DNA of 43,816 bases from Octopus bimaculoides (GCF_001194135.2 NC_068985.1:102623327-102667142), one strand, 5' to 3'; shown: positions 11,941-24,352, numbered from the stretch's first letter. Program-made: numbers and translations. The notes: generated by a model not told the origin, from the sequence alone.

Positions 11941-14231
11941 NNNNNNNNNNNNNNNNNNNNNNNNNNNNNNNNNNNNNNNNNNNNNNNNNNNNNNNNNNNN
12001 NNNNNNNNNNNNNNNNNNNNNNNNNNNNNNNNNNNNNNNNNNNNNNNNNNNNNNNNNNNNNNNNNNNNNNNNNNNNNNNNNNNNNNNNNNNNNNNNNNNN
12101 NNNNNNNNNNNNNNNNNNNNNNNNNNNNNNNNNNNNNNNNNNNNNNNNNNNNNNNNNNNNNNNNNNNNNNNNNNNNNNNNNNNNNNNNNNNNNNNNNNNN
12201 NNNNNNNNNNNNNNNNNNNNNNNNNNNNNNNNNNNNNNNNNNNNNNNNNNNNNNNNNNNNNNNNNNNNNNNNNNNNNNNNNNNNNNNNNNNNNNNNNNNN
12301 NNNNNNNNNNNNNNNNNNNNNNNNNNNNNNNNNNNNNNNNNNNNNNNNNNNNNNNNNNNNNNNNNNNNNNNNNNNNNNNNNNNNNNNNNNNNNNNNNNNN
12401 NNNNNNNNNNNNNNNNNNNNNNNNNNNNNNNNNNNNNNNNNNNNNNNNNNNNNNNNNNNNNNNNNNNNNNNNNNNNNNNNNNNNNNNNNNNNNNNNNNNN
12501 NNNNNNNNNNNNNNNNNNNNNNNNNNNNNNNNNNNNNNNNNNNNNNNNNNNNNNNNNNNNNNNNNNNNNNNNNNNNNNNNNNNNNNNNNNNNNNNNNNNN
12601 NNNNNNNNNNNNNNNNNNNNNNNNNNNNNNNNNNNNNNNNNNNNNNNNNNNNNNNNNNNNNNNNNNNNNNNNNNNNNNNNNNNNNNNNNNNNNNNNNNNN
12701 NNNNNNNNNNNNNNNNNNNNNNNNNNNNNNNNNNNNNNNNNNNNNNNNNNNNNNNNNNNNNNNNNNNNNNNNNNNNNNNNNNNNNNNNNNNNNNNNNNNN
12801 NNNNNNNNNNNNNNNNNNNNNNNNNNNNNNNNNNNNNNNNNNNNNNNNNNNNNNNNNNNNNNNNNNNNNNNNNNNNNNNNNNNNNNNNNNNNNNNNNNNN
12901 NNNNNNNNNNNNNNNNNNNNNNNNNNNNNNNATATATATATATATATACATACACACACACACATTGGTGTATGAGTATGTATTATGCATGAATATACAT
13001 GTGTGTCTGTTTGTGTGCGTGTGTGTATGTCAGTCATAAATACGCGTCTTGCAGGTAGAGTAAGTCAAGTGTTTTCTAGATAGCCTTAGATAAGAATACT
13101 CTGAATAGAGAAGCAACCTACATGAAGGAGAATCTATACCAAATTAGCATTACCCATATACGGACAAACCATAAGTGAACCAGGAAACAGACAGTAACGT
13201 GATTAAATCTACAATTTAACATTAATTTATCAATTAGTATAACTAATTTTCGCTATATACTATGTTAAGTCCCACTGGCAAACAATTACCATAGGCAAAT
13301 AACGTAATGATCAGCCATTCTTGCCGAAATAACATTGCTTCCCAAATCATGCACTATAAGCAAAATATTTGTCAAGTCACTCACACCCTACTGCGTCAGA
13401 TTAGTTGCAAATTCTCATATCATTACTCACAGGGGATCTTCTCCTTCCAAATCAGTCATGTATAAGCTATCTGTTACGTCCTAGTAACAATATTGACTCA
13501 CGGGAGTCACAGCTAAGGCTTTGAAAAACAGTTATTAATAGCATAAGCATTCATTCAGAGGAACGGACAAGGAAACTTTAGTTCCTTGCTACAATTCACA
13601 TGAACATAGACTGGAATGAATTCCAATAACAGGAGCATGATAGACGAGGCCACTCCATGGATACATGGCAAAATTAATGACTATCCTTGTCTACAAAGTT
13701 CCTAATATCAAAAACGCTGGGGTTTAGTTCAGCAGATATGAGGGATATGTTATAGTTTTCGGCTTCAGATAGATTTTCTTGTGGAAGGCTTCCATACACA
13801 CGAAAATCCACTGCCAACAGATCGAACAAGACTCATGAAGTAGGTGCTCACTCCAATTTGAGAATAAATATATTTATTATTTACCTAATACTGCAACACA
13901 TAACTCAGTTGGATCAACATGAATCGACCATGAATCCAAATAGTGTGTGAATATGTTCATGTGTACCCACCAGCGTGAGAATCTTAATGGTAATGGAACT
14001 AATCCCAACTCGGATATTAAAATTTATGTGTCTGCGCTGGTGAAAAGAGAAGTGAATAATGTATTTATTCAGATGCACAAACTTATGAATGAGAACTCAA
14101 TACTTGAGTTAAGTTTATTATTTGTCCAAAACTGACAATTCTGTCGTGTTCACCGATTTCATCGCGTCTTTCATTATTTTACATGGCAAAGAGATTAACC
14201 TATTACACAGATTCTGTATCATGCGTACGTG

Positions 14232-14323
14232 CATACATACATACATACATACATACATACATACATACACACACACACATACATACATACACACATACAT
14301 ACATACATACATACATACATACA

Positions 14324-14352
<29 letters not shown>
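14232..14352. repeat. (CATA)n microsatellite
   Basis: Direct reading. Confidence 0.95.
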
Positions 14353-14355
<3 letters not shown>

Positions 14356-14475
14356 CAATAAGTGAAATCAAGTCTCAGTTTTATTGATTTTAGAGAAAAA
14401 CAGCAGAAGAAATTCATTAAATTCTATCAATATAAATGGCTGTCCAATTGAGTCTGTGTGTGTGTGTGGGTGTGT

Positions 14476-14514
<39 letters not shown>

Positions 14515-15058
14515 NNNNNNNNNNNNNNNNNNNNNNNNNNNNNNNNNNNNNNNNNNNNNNNNNNNNNNNNNNNNNNNNNNNNNNNNNNNNNNNNNNNNNN
14601 NNNNNNNNNNNNNNNNNNNNNNNNNNNNNNNNNNNNNNNNNNNNNNNNNNNNNNNNNNNNNNNNNNNNNNNNNNNNNNNNNNNNNNNNNNNNNNNNNNNN
14701 NNNNNNNNNNNNNNNNNNNNNNNNNNNNNNNNNNNNNNNNNNNNNNNNNNNNNNNNNNNNNNNNNNNNNNNNNNNNNNNNNNNNNNNNNNNNNNNNNNNN
14801 NNNNNNNNNNNNNNNNNNNNNNNNNNNNNNNNNNNNNNNNNNNNNNNNNNNNNNNNNNNNNNNNNNNNNNNNNNNNNNNNNNNNNNNNNNNNNNNNNNNN
14901 NNNNNNNNNNNNNNNNNNNNNNNNNNNNNNNNNNNNNNNNNNNNNNNNNNNNNNNNNNNNNNNNNNNNNNNNNNNNNNNNNNNNNNNNNNNNNNNNNNNN
15001 NNNNNNNNNNNNNNNNNNNNNNNNNNNNNNNNNNNNNNNNNNNNNNNNNNNNNNNNNN

Positions 15059-15115
<57 letters not shown>

Positions 15116-15266
15116 CATCATCATCATCATCATTTCCTTCTATTATTTTACGTCTAATACTATAACTTTTGTAGAAGCTTTTGTTGTCTTTGGGGGAATA
15201 GACACACAGACACATAAATGCATGCACACATACATACATGCATACATATATACATACATACATACA

Positions 15267-15300
<34 letters not shown>

Positions 15301-15326
15301 CATACATACATACATTCTTACGCACA

Positions 15327-16291
15327 TACATAGGTTAGATAAAATATCGAAACACCTATTGAAACAGAAACTAATATATAGAGGAATTGATCTGTACAGG
15401 TTCTGAACATTTGTGAGGGGAATTTCTGTAAATCTTTACGTAAAAGCTATTTCATACAAGGACGATAGTGAATGGATGCGGCTTCTTACTTACTGTTCCC
15501 CAATGCATCAGATATGTTAGATTATACTGTGATCGGTTGACTGTGGGCGACAACGTATGTGGTCTGCTTCACTTTTATGTTCTTCATACCGAATTTAAAT
15601 AACATTAACCATGTGATTTTGTGCATTATCATCTTACAAGATTTCTCTTCCATCAGGAAACATGTTGGTAACATAGGATAGACATTTTCATACAAAATAC
15701 TTAAGGTTAGCTTTCCCATATAGAACACCTTAAGGGTCAAGAGAATCTTGAGATATGGTTGCCCGAATCATCACAGAGCCACATTCATGCCTCTCGATAG
15801 CAGCCGAATAGTCAAGTTTAAAATTATTTTCTTTCGTCTGTCTCGAGACATAAAATCATTTTAAAGTGGGTAAAAGCATGAATGATGATTCCTCAGAAAA
15901 GTCCCATTGAGGTGCAGATCACTTTTGATAATTGAGACACCATTTTTCAGTTTATTAGTGTTGATGGAAGACGAGAAAGGTTTAGTAGTTGGTCCCTTTT
16001 CATAGTATCCAACATAACATGACTCACTAAGGACGGCTTTGAATGGTGCAGGATTGGCAAGGTAGTGGTTTTGTTCTGCTGTTAGTTTTGCTGCCGTAAT
16101 TCGATGGTTTTTAAAGAGAAGAAATACTGGTATACGCGCTCCCTCTTTAACATGCTCCGGTCGAACGACAGCGAATATGACCTCTCATTGGCATAGCATA
16201 TCAAGTTTCAGAGGTCATTTGCATACATCGGCAGAATTGTCCTACAAGCAAAATAGGGTATCAAATATTTAACAGGAACTACAAATATGTA
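15327..16291 (-). mobile_element. Decayed Tc1-like DNA transposon with transposase pseudogene (about 16200-15481), D36E spacing
   Basis: Minus-strand reading: KNHRITAAKLTAEQNH...FSEESSFMLLPT...HECGSVMIRATIS...FPDGREIL*DDNAQNH...RPQSTDHSII*HI*, matching the Tc1 motifs FSDES, HGGGSVMVW, QDDNA and WP.QSPDLNIIE.LW with many stops. Degenerate TA-flanked termini: TACATAGGTTAGATAAAATATCGAAACACC at 15327 and a weaker inverse ending TATGTA at 16291. Confidence 0.85.
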
Positions 16292-16864
16292 ACCGAGACT
16301 ATCCATGCATTCTATAACCAAATAAATCAGTTTAGAAAGCATTCAAATCTAAAAATAACATTCTAGAAAGGTAACACTAATAAATTAACTATACTGAAAA
16401 TCGTAGACATTTTGAACGCAATCCATACAGCATTTTCTGTGTAAATTATCTGTGAAGTCCTATAAAATTCGTGTTGATTGCCACCGATTTTGATTACTAT
16501 GCTAGCTCTTATTTATTTCAGTATCCCTACCGTAGACATTTAGATGTATATCGCTGTCTTCTAATTCATGGGAATATATTTTTTATGTTTCACAAAATGT
16601 TATATTCACTTTACTCTAATAATTACTGTAATTCATTGATTTATTGCTCAAGACACAAACACGGAGAACCAAATTAAAGTACAGACATATGTACAAACAT
16701 ACTGACGCAATCAGACACACAGGTGTATATGTCTGTTTGTATGTGAGCACCAATACACACACACAAACACACACACACACACACAAACGCACACGCACAC
16801 ACACACACACACACACACCAGGTTATTAGTCTCGCTGTGCCTAAGCGAAATATATATATATATA

Positions 16865-16896
<32 letters not shown>

Positions 16897-17015
16897 CGTA
16901 TATATATGTAGATAAAACCTTACTTGGAAGAGGATGCGTCAAATTCGATCATAATAATAATATAAATAATATATAGATATATTCATATATACATACGTAT
17001 ATGCACATACTTACA

Positions 17016-17051
<36 letters not shown>

Positions 17052-17092
17052 TATGTGGGAAGAGGACGTCAGGAAACGTGTACGATAAAAAA

Positions 17093-17227
17093 TACGAAGT
17101 ACGAGTCCATGGAATATGAACTATGTTCTCGAACAACGAACGACACAAATGTTGTTTATCTTGTTTTCCATTTGTGTCTTTCATTATTCGAAGAAATAGT
17201 TCATATTCCATGTACTCGTACTTCGTA
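17093..17227. repeat. 135-bp inverted repeat (59-bp arms, 17-nt loop); candidate TA-flanked MITE or hairpin RNA
   Basis: 17093-17151 versus the reverse complement of 17169-17227 matches at 52/59; both ends read TA-CGAAGTACGAGT. Confidence 0.85.
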
Positions 17228-17247
17228 CACTCCATATGCATATATAC

Positions 17248-17290
<43 letters not shown>

Positions 17291-17667
17291 CATACATACA
17301 CATATGTATGTGTATGTATATATGTATGTGTATGTATATATGTATGTGTGTGCATGCACTCATATATAAATATATGTGTGTGCTTCTCCAAAAGAGTGTG
17401 AATTAGTGTAGATTTATATATAGAAATGTAATTATTAATTACTCGCTTCTGCCAACATTACCTGTCTCCACTCCCTGTACATTGTTTCACTGTAAATAAC
17501 ACATAACGTATAATGCATTCATACTTGTGCAGCACTAGTATTATAATATATTAATGATATCACATGTCTATATTTTTGTTGATTATAGTGAAAATCTCCA
17601 CTGAAACTCGAGAAAAATACACATTCACCAATCTTTCATCCACCTCCACTTCCTCCTCCTCCTCCTC

Positions 17668-17710
<43 letters not shown>

Positions 17711-18222
17711 TTAACCCTCACCCTCATAATGCATATTTGCGTTTGTGTGTATTACTGATATGTAACACAAAATGTCTCTAAGAAGACATTTTCAGTAAAG
17801 CAGAACAAGTTCTAAATGACGTCAACTGTCCTACTTTCGGTGTGATCCCACTCATTCAGTGACAAACACCGCATCATTGACTTGGTGCAAGCTAGAACTT
17901 TCCGTTGCTATATAGAATTCGACAAACAAATCATTTGTAAATGTCTGTGAAAGCTACCTAGGCTTATGGTGAAGGAGGCATAAATACCTGAAACAGCACA
18001 GATTAAAAATATGATGTGCAGATTATTTACAACACACGTATACAAACAGAAATATAAAATGCAGCTCGTTGTACGATTTAGTCTCCTTGTATGTTAGACA
18101 GTGTTTCGGTGTAATTTCGTCTCCTCAGTGACACAGATATATTCATTCAATTGGAATTATGTATTTGTGTGTGCGTGTGTGTATATGTATGTATAAATAA
18201 ATAGATATACACATATATATAC

Positions 18223-18277
<55 letters not shown>

Positions 18278-19281
18278 TGCGTATATTTTCAGTTTGCGCT
18301 TTTTTGTAACATTTAATATACCTCAGTTTGCGGGTTATTTTTTTTTTCAGCTTACTTTGGCATCATGCTTATATATGTATGAGTAGCGGTGTTCGTTATT
18401 TAAGCTGATCCAGTGATCGGCTGTTTTGGGGATTATCCGGAATGTTGCCAGTTCTCAGTCAGGAGAACACCACATCCAGTTAGCTCGTGTCTGAGGCAAT
18501 GATGATCCATCGGGGGGAGCTCCAGAGAAACAGTAGCCCCCATCCCCACACTAAATACACTATTACACCACGTATGGTATCGTGCATATTGTTTGCTATT
18601 TTAAATCAATGAATGTATGTATTTACATGTGTATTTGTATAAGAAAGTATGCATTATGTTCATATGCATGTGTGCATGTGTGCTTGTGTCTCAGAACGAA
18701 AGGTGGAGAAAGTGAGGGAGAGAATAAAAGAAAAAGAGAAAAATAATATACCTTTATAGGATTAAACTATCTATGCATTTGAAATGTTAGATATGCATGT
18801 CTAGATTTATTGCTGACCTGAGATTCGTCTGTATTTGATGTGCAAATATAGAAACATATGTGTGTATTCTAGTAATCACAGAGGCGTATTGATATTTCAG
18901 GAGAGCAAATATGAAATATTAAGAAATCAGACGAAGTAATTAGAGAGGATAGGTATAGTGATGGGAGTACAATACAAACATTGATAAGCTTGTTTACTGG
19001 ATATATAAAATTCATACATATATATGTATAATATTTCGGGGAAATATACTAAAAACACAAAATGATCAACACAAGAAACATCGTATTTGAAAGAGAGAAG
19101 CAAAAATGAAATGTATAGGAAACGAGAAGGAGGGAACTTAAATAATGTAAAGACTGAATAGAAGGAGCCTGTCGTTACAAACTGTTATAGTTGCAGTGTC
19201 TGAAATTCGATTTTCTCTTAGAATCCGAAGAGAATACCACAGAGAGGTGTGTGTGTGTGTATGTATGTGTGTGTGTATGTA

Positions 19282-19312
<31 letters not shown>

Positions 19313-19708
19313 TTATTTTATGCAGAAAAGTCGTTTCTTTCAAAGCAATTCGCATCTCTCGTAAAATAAAGTAAATGCTGTAGCTTGCAGTTTCACGCCG
19401 ATTCACTGTACTGGTTATCAATCATGACTACCTTTCAGAACCAAAAACATTATTAGATTAACTGCACTGCTATGTACTGCAACTATAAATCTCATCGGAA
19501 TTATTCCTAGATTGGTAGATCACAATCAGAGACCATAAGCGTTAAAAGCTCGATGGATTCAAGCTACTGTTATACTATTAACAATCATCTTGATATTAAA
19601 GTGCCGCCGTGCTATCTGCATAAACAAGTAAATACATGATCCTCAATAATACGCAATAAATATAATACATTATTTTACACTTGTGTTTCATATATACATA
19701 TATATATA

Positions 19709-19763
<55 letters not shown>

Positions 19764-20285
19764 ANNNNNNNNNNNNNNNNNNNNNNNNNNNNNNNNNNNN
19801 NNNNNNNNNNNNNNNNNNNNNNNNNNNNNNNNNNNNNNNNNNNNNNNNNNNNNNNNNNNNNNNNNNNNNNNNNNNNNNNNNNNNNNNNNNNNNNNNNNNN
19901 NNNNNNNNNNNNNNNNNNNNNNNNNNNNNNNNNNNNNNNNNNNNNNNNNNNNNNNNNNNNNNNNNNNNNNNNNNNNNNNNNNNNNNNNNNNNNNNNNNNN
20001 NNNNNNNNNNNNNNNNNNNNNNNNNNNNNNNNNNNNNNNNNNNNNNNNNNNNNNNNNNNNNNNNNNNNNNNNNNNNNNNNNNNNNNNNNNNNNNNNNNNN
20101 NNNNNNNNNNNNNNNNNNNNNNNNNNNNNNNNNNNNNNNNNNNNNNNNNNNNNNNNNNNNNNNNNNNNNNNNNNNNNNNNNNNNNNNNNNNNNNNNNNNN
20201 NNNNNNNNNNNNNNNNNNNNNNNNNNNNNNNNNNNNNNNNCATATATATATATATTTCGCTTAGGCACAGCGAGACTAATAACCT

Positions 20286-20323
<38 letters not shown>

Positions 20324-20746
20324 CGCGCGCGTGTAAATATACTTAGAGGCAAATATATATTAATTAATTTTTTCGTACTTGTAAGTTGCTTATTTCCGTA
20401 TTTTAGATTATGGAACGACTTGACAAGATCAGCAGTCTCTTGAGTAGTTCTTCTAGTAATATGTCTTAATCGCCTAATCCACGTTCTTCAAAACTTCATG
20501 ATTTCCCATGAGATTGTATTAAAGCAGAATACTATTCTGTGAAATTGTGTTATTGGCGCCTTTTTCTGAGACGATCAGTCATTGCGCTACTTTGGCGCCA
20601 TGTAGTGAAATCATTATTACTTGACCACGCAATACAGTTAACTGTGTGTTAGTAACGGAAGAAGCTAACTGAAGAAGCAATGAAGGACTTTTCGCTTATT
20701 ATCTTCAGCAACTACCGCCAAAGAAGTCCTTTAATGTAGTCTTTTG

Positions 20747-20782
<36 letters not shown>

Positions 20783-21401
20783 GGTGGTGGTNNNNNNNNN
20801 NNNNNNNNNNNNNNNNNNNNNNNNNNNNNNNNNNNNNNNNNNNNNNNNNNNNNNNNNNNNNNNNNNNNNNNNNNNNNNNNNNNNNNNNNNNNNNNNNNNN
20901 NNNNNNNNNNNNNNNNNNNNNNNNNNNNNNNNNNNNNNNNNNNNNNNNNNNNNNNNNNNNNNNNNNNNNNNNNNNNNNNNNNNNNNNNNNNNNNNNNNNN
21001 NNNNNNNNNNNNNNNNNNNNNNNNNNNNNNNNNNNNNNNNNNNNNNNNNNNNNNNNNNNNNNNNNNNNNNNNNNNNNNNNNNNNNNNNNNNNNNNNNNNN
21101 NNNNNNNNNNNNNNNNNNNNNNNNNNNNNNNNNNNNNNNNNNNNNNNNNNNNNNNNNNNNNNNNNNNNNNNNNNNNNNNNNNNNNNNNNNNNNNNNNNNN
21201 NNNNNNNNNNNNNNNNNNNNNNNNNNNNNNNNNNNNNNNNNNNNNNNNNNNNNNNNNNNNNNNNNNNNNNNNNNNNNNNNNNNNNNNNNNNNNNNNNNNN
21301 NNNNNNNNNNNNNNNNNNNNNNNNNNNNNNNNNNNNNNNNNNNNNNNNNNNNNNNNNNNNNNNNNNNNNNNNAATACCACAGCTTCTGAAGCTGATTTTA
21401 A

Positions 21402-21433
<32 letters not shown>

Positions 21434-21594
21434 ATGGTGACCACGACAACAACAATAATTCTGATAAAAAATAATTAGTCGTAGTGGAATTGTAATAATA
21501 ATAATTGTTTTATATTAATAATGACAATATTAATAATAATAATAACAAATAATAATAATTGGTGTTTATTATTATTATTATTATTATTATTATT

Positions 21595-22842
21595 GTTCAG
21601 TAGTTTTATTTTTATAACGTGCTTTCACTTCACTACCGAGCGCAGCTCTGTGCGCCTTGGGTATGTGCTGTGGTTTGCTGTGGTGCTCTTATGTTTACTG
21701 TATTGAAAGTGTTTTGCGTAGAATGTGTGCAGTACCCAGTAGTGCAATTTTGTGTATGTTATATATATTTGTAAGTCCTGGTGTTTTTGTTATGTATTTG
21801 TCTGAATATTTTTTTATTACACCTAAGGCACCTACTATGATAGGAATTGTTTCTGTTTTCTGGATTGGTGCTTTTTATTACACTATTATACATCTCTACG
21901 GTCTGGGTTTGTTGGTTTTTTTTCTTCGTTTTTGCCGGAAATGTTACGTTTGTCCTCGTGTTTTGCTATCTCAGTGTTTATATTATTATTTGGCATTGCT
22001 GTGTGACTACTATCTAGATTTTCCTGATGTATTTTTTCTTTCAATTGTTCTATTTCTATTTCTGATATTTTTTTTTGCTTTTAGAATATATCTTCTTATG
22101 TTAGCTAGTTTGTTAGGGTTCATTGTTTTATCGAGGTCTATATTTACATTATTTTTCTTCCATATTTTATATGTATGTGTTGTTGCGTTTTCGTTTTTTG
22201 GGTAGAGCACTGCTGTGAAATAGGCGTGTAGGATCGAAATGTGTTCCTCACGTGTCCATTTATGCCGTTTTGGTTTTATTTGCGGGACATGAGGAACAAC
22301 GTCCGGCCCTTTATTTTGACGGTCATNNNNNNNNNNNNNNNNNNNNNNNNNNNNNNNNNNNNNNNNNNNNNNNNNNNNNNNNNNNNNNNNNNNNNNNNNN
22401 NNNNNNNNNNNNNNNNNNNNNNNNNNNNNNNNNNNNNNNNNNNNNNNNNNNNNNNNNNNNNNNNNNNNNNNNNNNNNNNNNNNNNNNNNNNNNNNNNNNN
22501 NNNNNNNNNNNNNNNNNNNNNNNNNNNNNNNNNNNNNNNNNNNNNNNNNNNNNNNNNNNNNNNNNNNNNNNNNNNNNNNNNNNNNNNNNNNNNNNNNNNN
22601 NNNNNNNNNNNNNNNNNNNNNNNNNNNNGGGTAGTGGAGGTATCAAGTTAAAATACATCATTATATTTGGAAAAATAGAAATAAATTTCAATGAGTATTA
22701 CTTACTCGGATATAGTCCAACCCTTTGTCAGCTATTTTTTGGCTCCATGCGATGTCTTTATTTCCGATGTTTTTGGATAAGTTTCGGAGCAGTGATTTAT
22801 CGTACTCACATGTTAAACTTCCCCGGTGTCTTCTCAACTTCC

Positions 22843-22843
<1 letters not shown>
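21595..22843 (-). mobile_element. R4/Dong-like RLE non-LTR retrotransposon, internally deleted, flanked by (TAA)n on both sides
   Basis: The N-terminal R4-type motif KRHKWTREEHISILHAYF...YKIWKKNN...NKLANIRRYILKAKK/ISEIEIEQLKEKI (22270-22030) is joined at about 21860 to the RLE C-terminus KTETIPIIVGALGVIKKYSDKY...NIHKIALLGTAHILRKTLSIQ* (stop 21697-21695). Then come a 100-nt 3' UTR and a (TAA)n tail at 21566-21594. The putative 5' end (22629-22843, ATG at 22661) lies across a gap, so its linkage is inferred. Confidence 0.82.

Positions 22844-22900
<57 letters not shown>
22843..22900. repeat. (TAT)n microsatellite, putative target of the Dong-like element
   Basis: Direct reading. Confidence 0.95.
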
Positions 22901-23497
22901 GAAAGGTCGAGCCGAGGTGGCGAATGCGAACATCGCATCCGTCATCTATTACCACTTGACCGTCCTCCCTTGCCCCTTATGTTGGCTGAACAAGCTGGTC
23001 CACATACTCTTCCGCTTTCTGTGGAGGGGTCGCGTTCTGCTGGTAAGGTGCTCCATCTACTGTCAACAGCCGCTTAATGTGGACCTGAGCATGCCGTGGT
23101 TGATGGTGCGCAACAATGCGCGCAGACTGCGGCATCTCCAGCGTTTTCTTGACGGTGAGCAGGTGTGGTCACTGTGTCAGACCTGCTCTTACACAGCTCG
23201 TGTCTTTGATTGAGCTGTTATCTTGGATTAGGCGTAGACCGAGGACGAGCGCTTGGCACCTCGAGTGCCGTCAAGCACTCACAGTCTTCCACCAGGTGGA
23301 AAATACTTTCGGTGGTAGTTCCACTCTAGCGTTCTATAAAGGGTTAGTGGAGGAAAAAGTGCGAAGATCAACTCACCGGTCTATTCCGGAGGACTTTCGG
23401 GCCGGGGCCTATGTATGACTTCCAGAAATCCCTCGCCTGGCAGAGCTACCGAGGGGCGTTGCCCGCTTGGGATAAACGTTACAGGCACAGAAATACC
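22901..23497 (+). mobile_element. Tx1/L1-clade LINE ORF2 fragment (post-RT region up to zf-RVT), pseudogenised
   Basis: LKGRAEVANANIASVIYYHLTVLPCP..WLNKLVHILFRFLWRGR...LSMPWL..R.NARRLRHLQRFLDG..VWS, then DFQKSLAWQSYRGALPAWDKRYRH. These resemble L1/Tx1 ORF2 C-terminal motifs and carry stops and frameshifts. A related copy lies at 31520-31705. Confidence 0.78.
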
Positions 23498-23730
23498 ATG
23501 ATGAGTAAATATATTAAACTCACCGTGAATAAAAAGGCAAACGAGTTGAAAATACGCGAAGATCATTCCCATCAGCAGTTGGAGAGCATAGGAACCAAAA
23601 ATAATATAGATGCATTCCTTGTTTGGGCAAATAATCAGGAACAACCATACGTAATGAAGTTGAGTACATCAAATACTTGCAAAATATGATGTAGGTTGGG
23701 AAGAAAACATTAGTGATATTTTCTCATAAC

Positions 23731-23797
23731 CTGTACTTTATTTTATCGAACTCAGAGATATGAATAGCTAATTGAGTCCAGCGCGATTTGAATTCTT
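23731..23797 (-). mobile_element. SINE family A, degenerate fragment
   Basis: GTACTTTATTTTATCGAAC...GATTTGAATTC parallels the minus-strand copy at 41453-41513. Confidence 0.5.
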
Positions 23798-23931
23798 AAA
23801 AGAGCCAGAACAAATAACAATAAAGATTTTATGTTCTCCGCCATTTTAACAATCATGCCATCAGTTCTTCATTTAGCACGTGGTGGCAGATTAAGAATTA
23901 TTGTAAACGCAAAACTACAAAACTGTTTACG

Positions 23932-23986
<55 letters not shown>

Positions 23987-24352
23987 GTGTGTGTGTGTGT
24001 GTGTGCAGAAGAAGAAAAGGAGAGAAACAAAAGGGAGACTGAGCGAATGAGATAGCTTGAATGTATATCTATGTAATGGCTGTACCAGGCACACTCGTAG
24101 TCACAAGTTGATCTCCTGACAACGTTAATCTGCTGGAGTGTTTCAACTATTTCAATCACATCGACAATACCCTTGGGAGATGATACGTGAATACAACATG
24201 AATAAAACAACGCCCATACATCTACGTCTGAAAGCAATAAGAATGATCACCCATTGATAAATACTGCTTGTCACGTTCGATCACGAAGTTGAGACTAATG
24301 CTGTTAGTTTTCTGAAAGTAGAAATACTTATCTATAAAAATACATGCGTCAA

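Noticed and set aside
13472-13898. Possible solo LTR (TGTTAC...AATAAA...GCAACA) with two small hairpins at its start
   Set aside because: The flanks (TATC / CATA) are not a target-site duplication, and there is no second copy, PBS or PPT.
16926-17071. GGAAGAGGA(TG)CGTCA repeated 132 bp apart
   Set aside because: Short and imperfect, enclosing only AT-type microsatellite; cannot be distinguished from chance or local slippage.
18497-18600. C-box-like ATGATGA suggesting a C/D snoRNA
   Set aside because: No downstream CTGA D-box or terminal stem at a suitable distance.
21657-22205. 182-aa hydrophobic + strand ORF resembling a membrane protein
   Set aside because: It is the antisense of the A-rich R4/Dong coding strand; T-rich codons explain the hydrophobicity.
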